From Terriglobia bacterium (GTDB taxonomy: Bacteria; Acidobacteriota; Terriglobia; 2-12-FULL-54-10), in the NCBI GenBank assembly GCA_965198025.1, contig OZ240237.1, positions 1,237,054-1,301,053 on the forward strand: a stretch of 64,000 nucleotides of DNA, written 5' to 3'. The translations under genes were made by a program, and so were the position numbers. Position 1 is the first letter of the stretch. Each line of letters starts with the position of its first letter. The notes under the pieces were generated by a model that made no database searches, was not told where the DNA came from, and saw only the letters and a program-made list of their open reading frames with translations. Shown piece after piece: positions 1 through 9,884 of this stretch.

Positions 1-852
1 CTCTTCAAAGCCTTTGAGGCTGCCAACGGGGAGTGGGTGCTGGCGACGGATGCCGATATGGTGCTCCATCCCAAGGCACTGCGGGCCGGGATGTGGCTCG
101 CCGAACAGCAACGGGCCGAACTGGTGAGCCTATGCACGTTTCTCGAGTGCCGCTCGTTTTGGGAACGGCTGATGATGCCCGTGTTCGCGCTGATGCTCGC
201 CACGGTGTTCCCCCTGCGGAAAATCAACAATCCACGTTCCTCCGTCGCCATCGCATCGGGAGGATACATTCTGATGCGGAAGGACACTTGGGCCGGCTTG
301 GGCGGTTACGAGACGATTCGTGGCGAGATGATCGATGACCTCAACACCGCGCGGCTTGTCAAGCATTCCGGCCACCGCATCTTTGTCGCCTCGGCAGGGG
401 ATCTGGTGCGGACGCGTATGTATGCCAGCTTGGCACAAATTTGGGAGGGTCTGCGGAAAAACGCCTTTGCCATCCACCGCTTTTCGGTCTTGCGCATGAC
501 GGCTTTCATTGCGGGAATCTGGTTCATAACATTGTTGCCGTTGGCCGCTTTGGCTTACTCGCTAGGCTGGCTGGCCTGGAGCGGAGGCAAGCTTCCGCCG
601 GGCGGGGAACTTATTCTTGTACTGAGTCTTGCGCAATACGGACTCTCGGCGTGGATTCACCTGTTCTTGATTTCCTTTTTAGGGATTCCCCGGAGGTATG
701 CTCTACTCGCTCCATTTGGATCGCTTCTCTACACCGCGATCGCATTCGATTCGATGCTGAGGACACTGTTCGGCGCGGGGGTATCCTGGAAGTTGCGGCA
801 GTACGGAAAGTCTTCCTGGCAAGAGAAGAAGCGAAACCGGAACGAAAAGTAA
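1..852 (+). CDS. Family-2 glycosyltransferase, membrane-anchored (5' end cut by window edge)
   Basis: Frame 1 is open from base 1 (LFKAFEAANGEWVLATDADM...). It has a DAD (DxD-type) motif, GGYILMRKD and IDDLNTARLV, then several hydrophobic helices, as in CrtQ/HpnI-like GT2 enzymes. Stop at 850-852. Confidence 0.7.
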   Translation, partial: LFKAFEAANGEWVLATDADMVLHPKALRAGMWLAEQQRAELVSLCTFLECRSFWERLMMPVFALMLATVFPLRKINNPRSSVAIASGGYILMRKDTWAGLGGYETIRGEMIDDLNTARLVKHSGHRIFVASAGDLVRTRMYASLAQIWEGLRKNAFAIHRFSVLRMTAFIAGIWFITLLPLAALAYSLGWLAWSGGKLPPGGELILVLSLAQYGLSAWIHLFLISFLGIPRRYALLAPFGSLLYTAIAFDSMLRTLFGAGVSWKLRQYGKSSWQEKKRNRNEK

Positions 853-962
853 ACTATGTCCGAAAAGACTTTTCAAAATTGTAACCGTTTGAACTATGTT
901 TGGAATTCGGTTGCTGTGTCTCAAGCTACAGGTCTCTCCTGACGGAAAGGGAGATGTGAGTC

Positions 963-1559
963 ATGACGGAACAGGAATCGCGACGAATTGGAATTCGAGA
1001 ATTCATCGAAGGGCTCCGGTCTCTGCCGCGCTTTAGCGCGGAGGAGGTGTATGGCTATCTCAAATCGAATCCCGTCTACCCTGAGTCGTTGAAGCCGTTT
1101 CTGTTTTTCAGCCAAGCTACCTATACGCGCAACCTGATCTTCAAAAATGAACTGTTCGAGCTGCTGGCGCTATGCTGGGAAACCGGGCAAGTCAGCCGCA
1201 TCCATAATCACCGCGACCAGCAGTGCTGGATGACCGTCCCTCTCGGCACGTTACAGGTGCAAGACTTTCGTGTGCTGGAGCGCGACCCGAAAAAGAAAAC
1301 GTGCCGCCTGCAACCCAGCAAGAGCTATCCCATTACTTTGGAGCAGCCTGCGGAAGTGAACCCCAACGAGCCGGTGCACCAAGTCCTGAATCTCGCCGAG
1401 TTTGGCGGTCGCGCTGTGAGCCTTCACATTTATTCGAAGCCCTTTGACAGTTGCGAAGTGTATTACCCGGAACGGGAAGTCTATTCCGACGTGCCGCTCT
1501 ATTACACGAGCGAATACGGAAAGTTGGGTTCCAGTGAACCAGCATCGCCGGGGCAATAA
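963..1559 (+). CDS. Cysteine dioxygenase type I-like cupin protein
   Basis: 198-aa ORF with the cupin metal motif CWETGQVSRIHNHRDQQCWM, and the size typical of bacterial CDO-family proteins. Confidence 0.65.
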   Translation: MTEQESRRIGIREFIEGLRSLPRFSAEEVYGYLKSNPVYPESLKPFLFFSQATYTRNLIFKNELFELLALCWETGQVSRIHNHRDQQCWMTVPLGTLQVQDFRVLERDPKKKTCRLQPSKSYPITLEQPAEVNPNEPVHQVLNLAEFGGRAVSLHIYSKPFDSCEVYYPEREVYSDVPLYYTSEYGKLGSSEPASPGQ

Positions 1560-1658
1560 GCATCTGCCCGGTTCCGCTGTTTAGAAAGGTGGCAGGCTGA
1601 TCACAAACCTGGAAGGGCTATTCGACCGGCTTGGGCGGCTCATCCGGTTCCCGTTCGT

Positions 1659-2849
1659 CTATTTGGCTGTAACTTGCAGTTCCTTTTCTGCGGCGTCGAC
1701 GCCCGCCCCCTTGGGACAATGAAAACCGTTCTCTGAAAGCGCGTTTTCCAAAGCATTGAGCAGGAGAAGCACGAGCTCCGGCTTCGCCGTCTGGCCCATC
1801 AGTCCGACCCGCCAGATCTTGCCTCGCAGATCGCCGATGCCCGGCCCAATCTCGACGCCGAAGCGTTGAGTCAAGGAGTTCCGAACCTTCGCATCGTCCA
1901 CATCGTCCGGAATGCGGATCGTATTCACCGTTGCGGCACGATCCGCTGGGTTTTCGACGAACATCTTGAGCCCCAGAGCCTCGACGCCCTGCACGAATGC
2001 ACGGTGGCATTGCAGATGGCGAGCATAAACGGCTTCGACGCCCTCCTCGACAATGATTCGCAGGGCCTCATGGAAAGCGTACAGCATGCTGACCGGGGGC
2101 GTGTGATGGTAGCGCCGCTCTTCGTCCCAAAACCGTTCAATCATGCTCAGGTCCAGATACCAGCTCTGCGTGGGCTCCTTACGCTCGCGGATAACGGCCG
2201 CCACCCGCTCGTTGAAGGTAAACGGAGCGAGGCCCGGCGGGCAGGCAAGACATTTCTGCGTGCCGCTGTAGGAAACATCCACGCCGCAAGCGTCCACGTC
2301 GACCGGCACTCCTCCGAGCGAGGAAACCGTATCCACCACCAGCAGCGCGCCAACCTCGTGCGCAATCTCCGCCAAGGGTTTAAGTGGCTGCAGAACCCCG
2401 GTCGAGGTTTCGCTATGAACCATGCCGAGAACTTTCAGCTTCTTGCCCTTTACCGCTCGGCGGACGTCCTCCGGATTCGCCGCCATCCCAAGTGGATGAT
2501 CCAGCCGCAGGAGCTTGCCCCCGGCACGTACGATCATCTCGCACATGCGTGCGGCAAACGCCCCGCCCACCGACACAGCCACTTCGTCGCCAGGCTCAAT
2601 GCAATTGATGAGGGACGCCTCCATGCCGGCGCTGCCTGTTCCCGCAAGGGGGAACGAGGTTTTGTTACGGGTGCCGAAAACGGTCTGGAGCATGGCGCGG
2701 ATCTCGTCCATGGCTCGCAGCAGGTTCTGGTCGAGATACCCTACGACGGGCTGCATCATGGCGTGATATACGCGCGGGTCTACCTCGCTCGGGCCGGGTC
2801 CCATCAGCAGGCGCTTCGGAATCTTAAGAGCTGGGAATGTTTCAGGCAT
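1659..2849 (-). CDS. Class V PLP aminotransferase (alanine-glyoxylate / serine-pyruvate aminotransferase family)
   Basis: 396-aa ORF with full-length class V aminotransferase architecture. The PLP-lysine context is SYSGTQKCL, and HSETSTGV and VVDTVSSLGG motifs are present. Confidence 0.85.
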   Translation of the reverse strand: MPETFPALKIPKRLLMGPGPSEVDPRVYHAMMQPVVGYLDQNLLRAMDEIRAMLQTVFGTRNKTSFPLAGTGSAGMEASLINCIEPGDEVAVSVGGAFAARMCEMIVRAGGKLLRLDHPLGMAANPEDVRRAVKGKKLKVLGMVHSETSTGVLQPLKPLAEIAHEVGALLVVDTVSSLGGVPVDVDACGVDVSYSGTQKCLACPPGLAPFTFNERVAAVIRERKEPTQSWYLDLSMIERFWDEERRYHHTPPVSMLYAFHEALRIIVEEGVEAVYARHLQCHRAFVQGVEALGLKMFVENPADRAATVNTIRIPDDVDDAKVRNSLTQRFGVEIGPGIGDLRGKIWRVGLMGQTAKPELVLLLLNALENALSENGFHCPKGAGVDAAEKELQVTAK

Positions 2850-2929
2850 CGGTTTTCCCTCTGAGCTATCCTACCACTGGCGGCGGTCTTGACAAACGGA
2901 ATTTGACTCATATAGATTCGCTGCACTCC

Positions 2930-4087
2930 ATGCCCGACGCGCTCAATCCGCCCGCTACCCCGAAGGACGAAGAAGAACTCCACTGGCTTGCCTTGCGACT
3001 GGTTCCCGGACTGGGCAATCGGCTGGCGGCGCGCCTGTTGACCGCAATCGGCTCAGTGGTCGGAATTTTCCGTGCCTCGGCCACTGAGCTCGAATCGCTG
3101 GGGGTCCCGTCGCACGTCGTGCGCACGCTTTCAACCGGAACGGTATTTGAAGAAGCGGCCCGGGAAGCTGAGCAGGCCCGCCAGTTGGGCGCTGCGTTCC
3201 TCACCATTCAAGACCCAGCCTACCCGAAGATCCTCAAGGAGATTTTTGATCCCCCGCTATTGCTTTACGCCTGCGGCGACCTCAGGCTGCTGGGCGAGCC
3301 GGCGGTGGGAATCGTGGGGACTCGTAGGCCTACGGCCTATGGCAAGGCGATGGCGGAACGGCTGGCCACGGACTTAGCGGCCCGGGGGCTGGTGATCATC
3401 AGCGGAATGGCGCGCGGAATAGATTCCGCCGCTCACCGAGGGGCGCTGCAGGCCGGTGGAAAGACCATCGCCGTTCTCGGTACCGGTATGGATGTGCCGT
3501 ATCCTGCTGAAAATAAATCTCTTCATTCTGAGATCGCGGAAAAGGGATTGCTGCTTTCGGAATTCCCGCTCGGTTCGTTTCCGGCACCGCAAAACTTCCC
3601 GATCCGCAACCGGATCATCTCCGGCCTTTCGCTAGGGCTAATCGTCGCGGAGGCGGCCCAGTACAGCGGGTCGTTGATCACGGCCCGATTGGCGATGGAG
3701 CAGAATCGCGAGGTGTATGGCGTGCCCGGTTCTGTTACGAACAAGAACAGTTGGGGTCCGCACATTCTGATCAAACAAGGAGCGAAGCTGGTCGCGAATT
3801 GGGAGGACGTGGTCGAGGAACTGCCTGCTGAGGTTCGTAAACGATTGATTCCATTGTCAGATACAACCCAAAAGGCCGGAAAGACGTCTTTGTTTGCTGA
3901 ATCACTTTCGGAACGGGAGCAGGCAATTTATGGCTTGCTCAAGGTAGAGGAGCCGGTGCATATTGATGAAATCCTGGATGCGTTGCCGCAGAGTTCGTCT
4001 TCTGAAGTGCTCGCGAACCTGCTGGAACTGGAGTTCAAAAGTCTGGTGAGGCAGCTGCCGGGAAAGAGCTTTGTTAAGACCTTTTGA
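2930..4087 (+). CDS. dprA: DNA-processing protein DprA
   Basis: Contains GIVGTRRPTAYG, ISGMARGIDSAAHRGAL and EVYGVPG, with a C-terminal winged-helix-like tail. The ATG at 2930 is preferred over the track start at 2837, which overlaps the divergent aminotransferase start. Confidence 0.85.
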   Translation: MPDALNPPATPKDEEELHWLALRLVPGLGNRLAARLLTAIGSVVGIFRASATELESLGVPSHVVRTLSTGTVFEEAAREAEQARQLGAAFLTIQDPAYPKILKEIFDPPLLLYACGDLRLLGEPAVGIVGTRRPTAYGKAMAERLATDLAARGLVIISGMARGIDSAAHRGALQAGGKTIAVLGTGMDVPYPAENKSLHSEIAEKGLLLSEFPLGSFPAPQNFPIRNRIISGLSLGLIVAEAAQYSGSLITARLAMEQNREVYGVPGSVTNKNSWGPHILIKQGAKLVANWEDVVEELPAEVRKRLIPLSDTTQKAGKTSLFAESLSEREQAIYGLLKVEEPVHIDEILDALPQSSSSEVLANLLELEFKSLVRQLPGKSFVKTF

Positions 4088-4127
4088 GACGTAGCCCGAT
4101 CTAAGTCAGGAGGATTTCGCGAAAAGA

Positions 4128-6647
4128 ATGCCAAGAGCAAAGGCCACAACCACAAAGAAGAAGGCAGCGATCAAAGCCCCCCGGACATCGAAGGGAAAAG
4201 CGGCGGTCGGCTCCCTTGTGATCGTAGAATCGCCGGCCAAGGCGAGGACCATCAACCGGTACCTGGGCACGGGCTTCCGGGTGAGGGCTTCATTGGGGCA
4301 CATCAAGGACCTGCCAAAAAGCGACCTCGGCGTGGACGTAGAGCATAACTTCCGCCCTACCTATAAAGCTATTCCCGCCAAGTCGAAGGTCATACGGGAA
4401 CTCAAGCAGGAGGCCAAGAAGGCAGGCGCGATCTATCTGGCCGCCGACCCGGACCGCGAAGGCGAAGCTATCTGCCAGCATCTGGCCGAAGAGTTGAGTA
4501 ACGGCAAGCCGATCCATCGCGTGCTGTTCAACGAGATCACCAAGAACGCCATCCGGGAAGCCTTCGAGCATCCCAGCACGATCAATGAAAGGCTGGTAGA
4601 AGCACAGCAAGCACGCCGGATTCTGGACCGGCTGGTAGGGTACAAGATCAGCCCGCTGCTGTGGGATAAGGTGCGCCGCGGGCTTTCGGCCGGACGAGTG
4701 CAGACCGTTGCGCTGCGCCTGATCGTCGAACGGGAACGCGAAATCCGGGCTTTCGAGCGAGAAGAATACTGGACCGTCAGCGCGAATCTGAATGCCAAGG
4801 AGCCGCCTTTCTTTGACGCCCGGCTGGTCAAGCAGGGCGGCAAGGACTTCATTGTCGGCGGGGAGTCAAAATCCGGGAGCATCCGTGCGCAAGTCGAAAA
4901 GGGGAAGTTTCTGATCGGCAGTGAGACCGAGGCACAGGCCATCCGCTCGCGCCTCGAAAAGGAATCCTTCGTGGTTGCTTCAACGGGCACAAAGGAGGTC
5001 CGCCGGAACCCCCAGCCCCCGTTCGTCACAGCTACCCTGCAGCAGGAAGCGTCACTCAAGCTGGGTTTTAGCGCCAAGCGCACGATGGCGCTGGCCCAGC
5101 GGCTCTATGAGGGGGTGGATTGCGGCGACCAGGAAATCGTCGGTCTCATTACGTACATGCGCACCGATTCTACGCGCGTTTCCGATCAAGCCCTGGAGGA
5201 AGTGCGCCGATGGATTCCGCAGAACTATGCCCGGACGTATCTGCCTCGCCAGGCGAATTTCTACCGAAGCAAGAAGGGCGCCCAGGATGCGCACGAGGCG
5301 ATCCGTCCCACTGCCGCCTTCCGGTCGCCGGACCAGGTAGCGCAGTTCTTGAGCAAGCCGGAGGACCGCGACGCGGCCCGACTGTACCGATTGATCTGGC
5401 GGCGCTTTGTGGCGTCCCAGATGGTTCCCGCGCTGTTCGACCGGACGACGATCGAAATCACGGCCGGCGAGTTTGAGCTGCGGGCGACGGGCTCAGTGTT
5501 GAAGTTTGACGGTTTCCTGAAGGTCTATGAAGAATCCAGAGATCACGACGAAGTAGACGACGACCTGGGTAGGCGTTTGCCCACGGTCAGCGTAGACGAG
5601 GTTCTCCGAGTGGGTAAGGTGACGCCGGACCAACACTTTACCGAACCGCCCGCACGGTACAACGAAGCCAGCCTGGTGAAGGAACTTGAGAGGAAGGGAA
5701 TCGGAAGGCCTTCCACCTATGCGACCATCCTGGGGACCATCCAGGAGCGGAAATACGTCCAGAAGCAGCAGAAGCGGTTCTTCCCGACGGAGCTGGGGGA
5801 GGTTGTAACGGAACTCCTGGTAAAGAATTTCAGCGAAATTTTCGACATCATGTACACGGCGCGTCTTGAAGACTCTCTCGACGAAATCGAGGATGGCAAG
5901 CAGGATTGGGTGGCGACGCTCGGCGAATTCTACGAAAAATTTGAAAGGGACCTGAAACAAGCCAAGGAGCACATGGCCAACATCAAGCGCATGGAGGAGC
6001 CCACAGAGTTCTCCTGCGAAAGATGCGACAATCAGATGGTGATCAAATGGGGCCGGCACGGGAAGTTCCTGGCCTGTTCCGGCTACCCCGAATGCACCAA
6101 TACGCGCGAGCTGGCGAAGGGTCCGTCCGATTCCGCCACGGAAACTTCGGAGCCGGAAGAGGAAGAGCCGTGCGGGAGTTGCGGGCGTCCGATGGTGCGC
6201 AAGCGCGGCCGGTTCGGGCAGTTTTTGGCGTGCAGCGGCTATCCTGACTGCAAGACCACGCGCAAGATTGGGCAAACGGAGAAGAAGCCACCCGTGCCGA
6301 CCGGCGAGCCGTGTCCGCAGTGCGGCAATCCGCTGGTCATACGCGAGGGGCGCTACGGCGAGTTCACTTCTTGCAGCAATTACCCGAAGTGCAAATACAT
6401 CAAGCAGAATGTAACCGGAGTCGAGTGTCCGGAGTGCAAGAAAGGCCAGATCGTTGAAAAGCGTTCCCGGCGGGGGACGTTCTATAGCTGCGACCGTTAC
6501 CCGAAGTGCAAGTACAGCTTGCGGAACAAGCCCGTAGCGCGGCAGTGCCCGGAATGCGGCTCCGCCTATCTCCTTGAGAAGGATTCCAAGACCGGACCCA
6601 CCTTCGAATGCCCTAGCGAGGGCTGTGATTACAGCCAGGCAGCCTGA
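4128..6647 (+). CDS. topA: DNA topoisomerase I with multiple C-terminal zinc ribbons
   Basis: TOPRIM motif SLVIVESPAKARTI, active-site tyrosine context ITYMRTDSTR, and at least four C-terminal CxxC...CxxC modules (CERCDNQM, CGSCGRPM, CPQCGNPL, CPECKKG, CPECGSAY). Confidence 0.95.
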   Translation: MPRAKATTTKKKAAIKAPRTSKGKAAVGSLVIVESPAKARTINRYLGTGFRVRASLGHIKDLPKSDLGVDVEHNFRPTYKAIPAKSKVIRELKQEAKKAGAIYLAADPDREGEAICQHLAEELSNGKPIHRVLFNEITKNAIREAFEHPSTINERLVEAQQARRILDRLVGYKISPLLWDKVRRGLSAGRVQTVALRLIVEREREIRAFEREEYWTVSANLNAKEPPFFDARLVKQGGKDFIVGGESKSGSIRAQVEKGKFLIGSETEAQAIRSRLEKESFVVASTGTKEVRRNPQPPFVTATLQQEASLKLGFSAKRTMALAQRLYEGVDCGDQEIVGLITYMRTDSTRVSDQALEEVRRWIPQNYARTYLPRQANFYRSKKGAQDAHEAIRPTAAFRSPDQVAQFLSKPEDRDAARLYRLIWRRFVASQMVPALFDRTTIEITAGEFELRATGSVLKFDGFLKVYEESRDHDEVDDDLGRRLPTVSVDEVLRVGKVTPDQHFTEPPARYNEASLVKELERKGIGRPSTYATILGTIQERKYVQKQQKRFFPTELGEVVTELLVKNFSEIFDIMYTARLEDSLDEIEDGKQDWVATLGEFYEKFERDLKQAKEHMANIKRMEEPTEFSCERCDNQMVIKWGRHGKFLACSGYPECTNTRELAKGPSDSATETSEPEEEEPCGSCGRPMVRKRGRFGQFLACSGYPDCKTTRKIGQTEKKPPVPTGEPCPQCGNPLVIREGRYGEFTSCSNYPKCKYIKQNVTGVECPECKKGQIVEKRSRRGTFYSCDRYPKCKYSLRNKPVARQCPECGSAYLLEKDSKTGPTFECPSEGCDYSQAA

Positions 6648-6650
6648 AGG

Positions 6651-8384
6651 TTACCGTAGTTCTGGCGCGGGTTCCGGAATCGCTGCTCCGTCCTTGCGCG
6701 GGTCGGAGGCGCCGGAGTTGACACCCGTCGACTCGTCGCGCATCACGGCCTGACCTCCTCCCACAGCTTCCGAATAGAATCCGAGCGGTCGGATCTGATG
6801 GCCGCGCTGCGTGAGGTCTTCATAGATAGCCTGCGAGATACGCCCTTCCATATAGAGATCGCACCCACCGAAACTGAGCTTCGTGAAGCGGGCCGCTTCC
6901 ATGGCCTCCTGCAGATTCATCTGGTGGTCCACGATGTTCGAGACAAACTGCGCATGAGCCTGTGACTGGTTCCAGCCGCCCATGATGCCGAAACCGATAC
7001 GTACGCCACCGCGGCTCATCATGGCTGGGATGATCGTATGCAGCGGTCGCTTGCGCGGCTCGAGCGCATTCGGGTGCGAGGGGTCGAGGCTGAACAAGCT
7101 GCCACGATTCTGGAGGACGAATCCGGTCCCGTCGGCCACCAGCCCGGAGCCGAACTCGAAGTAGATGCTCTGAATCAGGGAAATCATGTTCCCTTCGCGG
7201 TCCACTGCGCTCAGATAGATCGTGTCGCTGCCCGGGTGCGGCGGCTCCCCGGGCCCTACAGAACAGTTCGCCTTTTCCATGTCGATCAACCCCATGCGCT
7301 GCTTGGCGTACTCCTTGGAGAGCATCCCCCCTACGGGGACCTGACTGAACCGCTGATCAGCGACGTAGCGGAGCATATCAGCATAGGCAAGCTTCTTGGC
7401 CTCGATCATGGCATGCAACGTGTTCGGCTGGTTGTGGCCCCAATCCGCCAGCGGAAAGCTTTCCATGAGGTTGAGCATGGAGAGCGCGGCAATCCCCTGT
7501 CCGTTGGGCGGAATCTCGTAGACCGTCCAGCCGCGATAGCTCGTGGAGATCGGCTCCACCCATTCGCTGGAAAACTCGGCCAGATCGGCGAGCGACATGG
7601 CGCCGCCCAGTTCGCTCGATTTCTCGACGATCCGTTTCGCAATCTCACCTTCGTAGAACGCCTTGCGGCCCTCAGACGCAATCTGCCGCATACTCCAGGC
7701 AAGGTCCGGGTTCTTGAAAATCTCGCCGAAGCGCGGAGCGCGGCCGTTCGGAAGCAGGGCGCGTACGGCCGCGGGATCACCCCGTAACGAATCAGCGCCC
7801 CCAACCCATCTCCCGCCGGACCACTCGGTCACGGGAAAGCCTTCCTCCGCGTAATGAATCGCCGGAGCCAGGACGTCGGCGAACTGCTTGCGCCCGAAGC
7901 GCGTGAGCAGCTTGTCCCAGCCGTCCACGGCCCCGGGCACGGTGACGGAGTGAATCCCCACCGCCGGAATCCGTCCGGCAATTCCTCTTCCCTTCAGGAA
8001 CTCAATGGTCATCCCGGAGGGTGCCCAGCCACTGGCGTTCAGGCCGTAAACCTTCTTGGTCTGCGCGTCGTAGACGATGGCGAACAGATCGCCGCCTATG
8101 CCGTCACTGTGCGGCGCAACCAAGCCCAACACGGCGTTGGCTGCTACGGCGGCATCGACGGCCGTGCCGCCGCGCGCTAGAATCGTCGCACCAGCTTGTG
8201 CTGCCAGCGGGCTTTCCGCTGCGACAATGCCGTGACGCGAAGTCACCACGGACCGGCCTTGCCAGCGTCCTTCCTGGGCCAGAGATTCAGCGCTTAGCAT
8301 CATCAATCCCAAACAGCAACATGCGAGGATCCATGTATTCCGGGCATTCCGCCGATATCGTATCATGCGTTCCTCCGTGTTCAT
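6651..8384 (-). CDS. ggt: Gamma-glutamyltranspeptidase
   Basis: 577 aa with a signal peptide, the autoprocessing threonine context GSDTIYLSAVD, PLHTIIPAMM and GIMGGWNQSQ motifs. Confidence 0.9.
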   Translation of the reverse strand: MNTEERMIRYRRNARNTWILACCCLGLMMLSAESLAQEGRWQGRSVVTSRHGIVAAESPLAAQAGATILARGGTAVDAAVAANAVLGLVAPHSDGIGGDLFAIVYDAQTKKVYGLNASGWAPSGMTIEFLKGRGIAGRIPAVGIHSVTVPGAVDGWDKLLTRFGRKQFADVLAPAIHYAEEGFPVTEWSGGRWVGGADSLRGDPAAVRALLPNGRAPRFGEIFKNPDLAWSMRQIASEGRKAFYEGEIAKRIVEKSSELGGAMSLADLAEFSSEWVEPISTSYRGWTVYEIPPNGQGIAALSMLNLMESFPLADWGHNQPNTLHAMIEAKKLAYADMLRYVADQRFSQVPVGGMLSKEYAKQRMGLIDMEKANCSVGPGEPPHPGSDTIYLSAVDREGNMISLIQSIYFEFGSGLVADGTGFVLQNRGSLFSLDPSHPNALEPRKRPLHTIIPAMMSRGGVRIGFGIMGGWNQSQAHAQFVSNIVDHQMNLQEAMEAARFTKLSFGGCDLYMEGRISQAIYEDLTQRGHQIRPLGFYSEAVGGGQAVMRDESTGVNSGASDPRKDGAAIPEPAPELR

Positions 8385-9064
8385 TCATCGGGCCTACTCG
8401 CCGTCATCAATAAGCCCCCCAGCTCCCGAAAGCGCCGTCGCTCGGCCGAATCGGTAAGCCATCCATAGTATTCCGCGTCGACTTGCGAGGTCCGGTCCGG
8501 AATCATGCGAAAAGAATACCCTTCGAAGCCGCAAGATTCAAACAACTTTCCGTACTCTTCCGCCGTATGCAGATGGACCGGTACCTTCAGACGGTCGAGC
8601 CACCGCAGCGTGTATTCGTTTTCCTGCGAAAGATGATTGAGGATCCAGACGGAACCGCCCGGCGAAAGTACGCGGAAGATTTCCCGCAAGGCGGTTTCCG
8701 GGCGTTCCATGTAATAGAAGGACTCGACGCTGAAGGCCCGGCTGAAAAACCGCTCCTGCCAGGGTATGGATTCCCCGTCGGCCCAGAGGAACAACAGATT
8801 CTCGTGGGCTACAGACGCGGCGCGTGCCTTGCGGATCATTGCGTCGGAAACATCGAGGCCCACCACCAGACCTTCTGGGGCCAGGGAGGCCAGCAGACGG
8901 CTCGCCCATCCCTCACCGCAGCCGATTTCCAGAATCCGGTCCCGCTGCTCGACGCCCATGAACGAGACCATGTCCTCTACGAACGAGCGATGGTGCGCCT
9001 CCAGCCCGCTGCTGCGGCCGTCGCGAACCCACAGATTGAATTCTTCGCGGAGTCGTTCGTTCAT
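8381..9064 (-). CDS. Class I SAM-dependent methyltransferase
   Basis: SAM-binding motif ILEIGCGEGWASRLLA followed by VVGLDVSD. Its stop overlaps the ggt start (ATGA). Confidence 0.75.
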   Translation of the reverse strand: MNERLREEFNLWVRDGRSSGLEAHHRSFVEDMVSFMGVEQRDRILEIGCGEGWASRLLASLAPEGLVVGLDVSDAMIRKARAASVAHENLLFLWADGESIPWQERFFSRAFSVESFYYMERPETALREIFRVLSPGGSVWILNHLSQENEYTLRWLDRLKVPVHLHTAEEYGKLFESCGFEGYSFRMIPDRTSQVDAEYYGWLTDSAERRRFRELGGLLMTASRPDE

Positions 9065-9078
9065 AGCTGAGATCTTCT

Positions 9079-9873
9079 CTAACGACGCAACGTGAGACCG
9101 CCATCCACGGTGATGACCTGACCCGTGATGTAGCCGTCGGGTTCGAGCAGCAGGCGTACGACGCGTGCTACGTCTTCAGCGCGGCCATAACGCGGGATGA
9201 TGCCCTCGCGGAGAAAGCGCTCATACTTGCCGCCGGATACGCTGGCTGCGGCCATGCCCGCAGTTGTGACGCCGGGCGCGACCACGTTGACCGAGACGTT
9301 GGGTTTTCCACCAAATTCATGCGCCAGCACACGGGCAGCGTGAGTGAGCGCTGCTTTGGGAGACGAATAAACGGCGCTTTGCGCGAACGGAACGACAGCC
9401 TGCATCGTGCTCACAAGAACGATGCTGCCTGCAGTCCCTCGCTCAGCCATCCGTTGCGCGGCGAGTTTCGCCAGCCGGTACGGACCGGCGAAGTTGCACT
9501 GCCAGGAAATCTCCATCCGACGGGCTTCCTGCGCGGCAGACTCTGGCTGGCTGCCTGTTGCACGCACCGGGTCGCCGGCGAAAATCACCGCCGCGCACAG
9601 CGGACCCACGGCCGCTGCCCGGCTGATGTACTCCTCCGGAATTCCAGGATTGGATAGATCACCTTTCACGAGGTGGACTGGCGACCCGAAGGGTTGCAGT
9701 GTTTCTTGCAAAGCTTCGGCCCGTGCGTGATTCGATCGATAGCCGATGACAAGTTGCGCTCCTTCTCGTGACAGTAGGAACGCCGTGGCAGCACCGAGGC
9801 CGCCCGAGCCTCCAACTAAGAGCACCACCTTTCCCGCCAGTGTGTTCGACGGGAAACCAAATTGGGTTGGCAT
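9079..9873 (-). CDS. SDR-family oxidoreductase
   Basis: Rossmann motif VLLVGGSGGLGAA and catalytic YSSPKAAL (YxxxK). The ATG at 9873 is preferred because the track start at 9942 would overlap the upstream gene. Confidence 0.8.
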   Translation of the reverse strand: MPTQFGFPSNTLAGKVVLLVGGSGGLGAATAFLLSREGAQLVIGYRSNHARAEALQETLQPFGSPVHLVKGDLSNPGIPEEYISRAAAVGPLCAAVIFAGDPVRATGSQPESAAQEARRMEISWQCNFAGPYRLAKLAAQRMAERGTAGSIVLVSTMQAVVPFAQSAVYSSPKAALTHAARVLAHEFGGKPNVSVNVVAPGVTTAGMAAASVSGGKYERFLREGIIPRYGRAEDVARVVRLLLEPDGYITGQVITVDGGLTLRR

Positions 9874-9884
9874 GTCCGGGGCGC

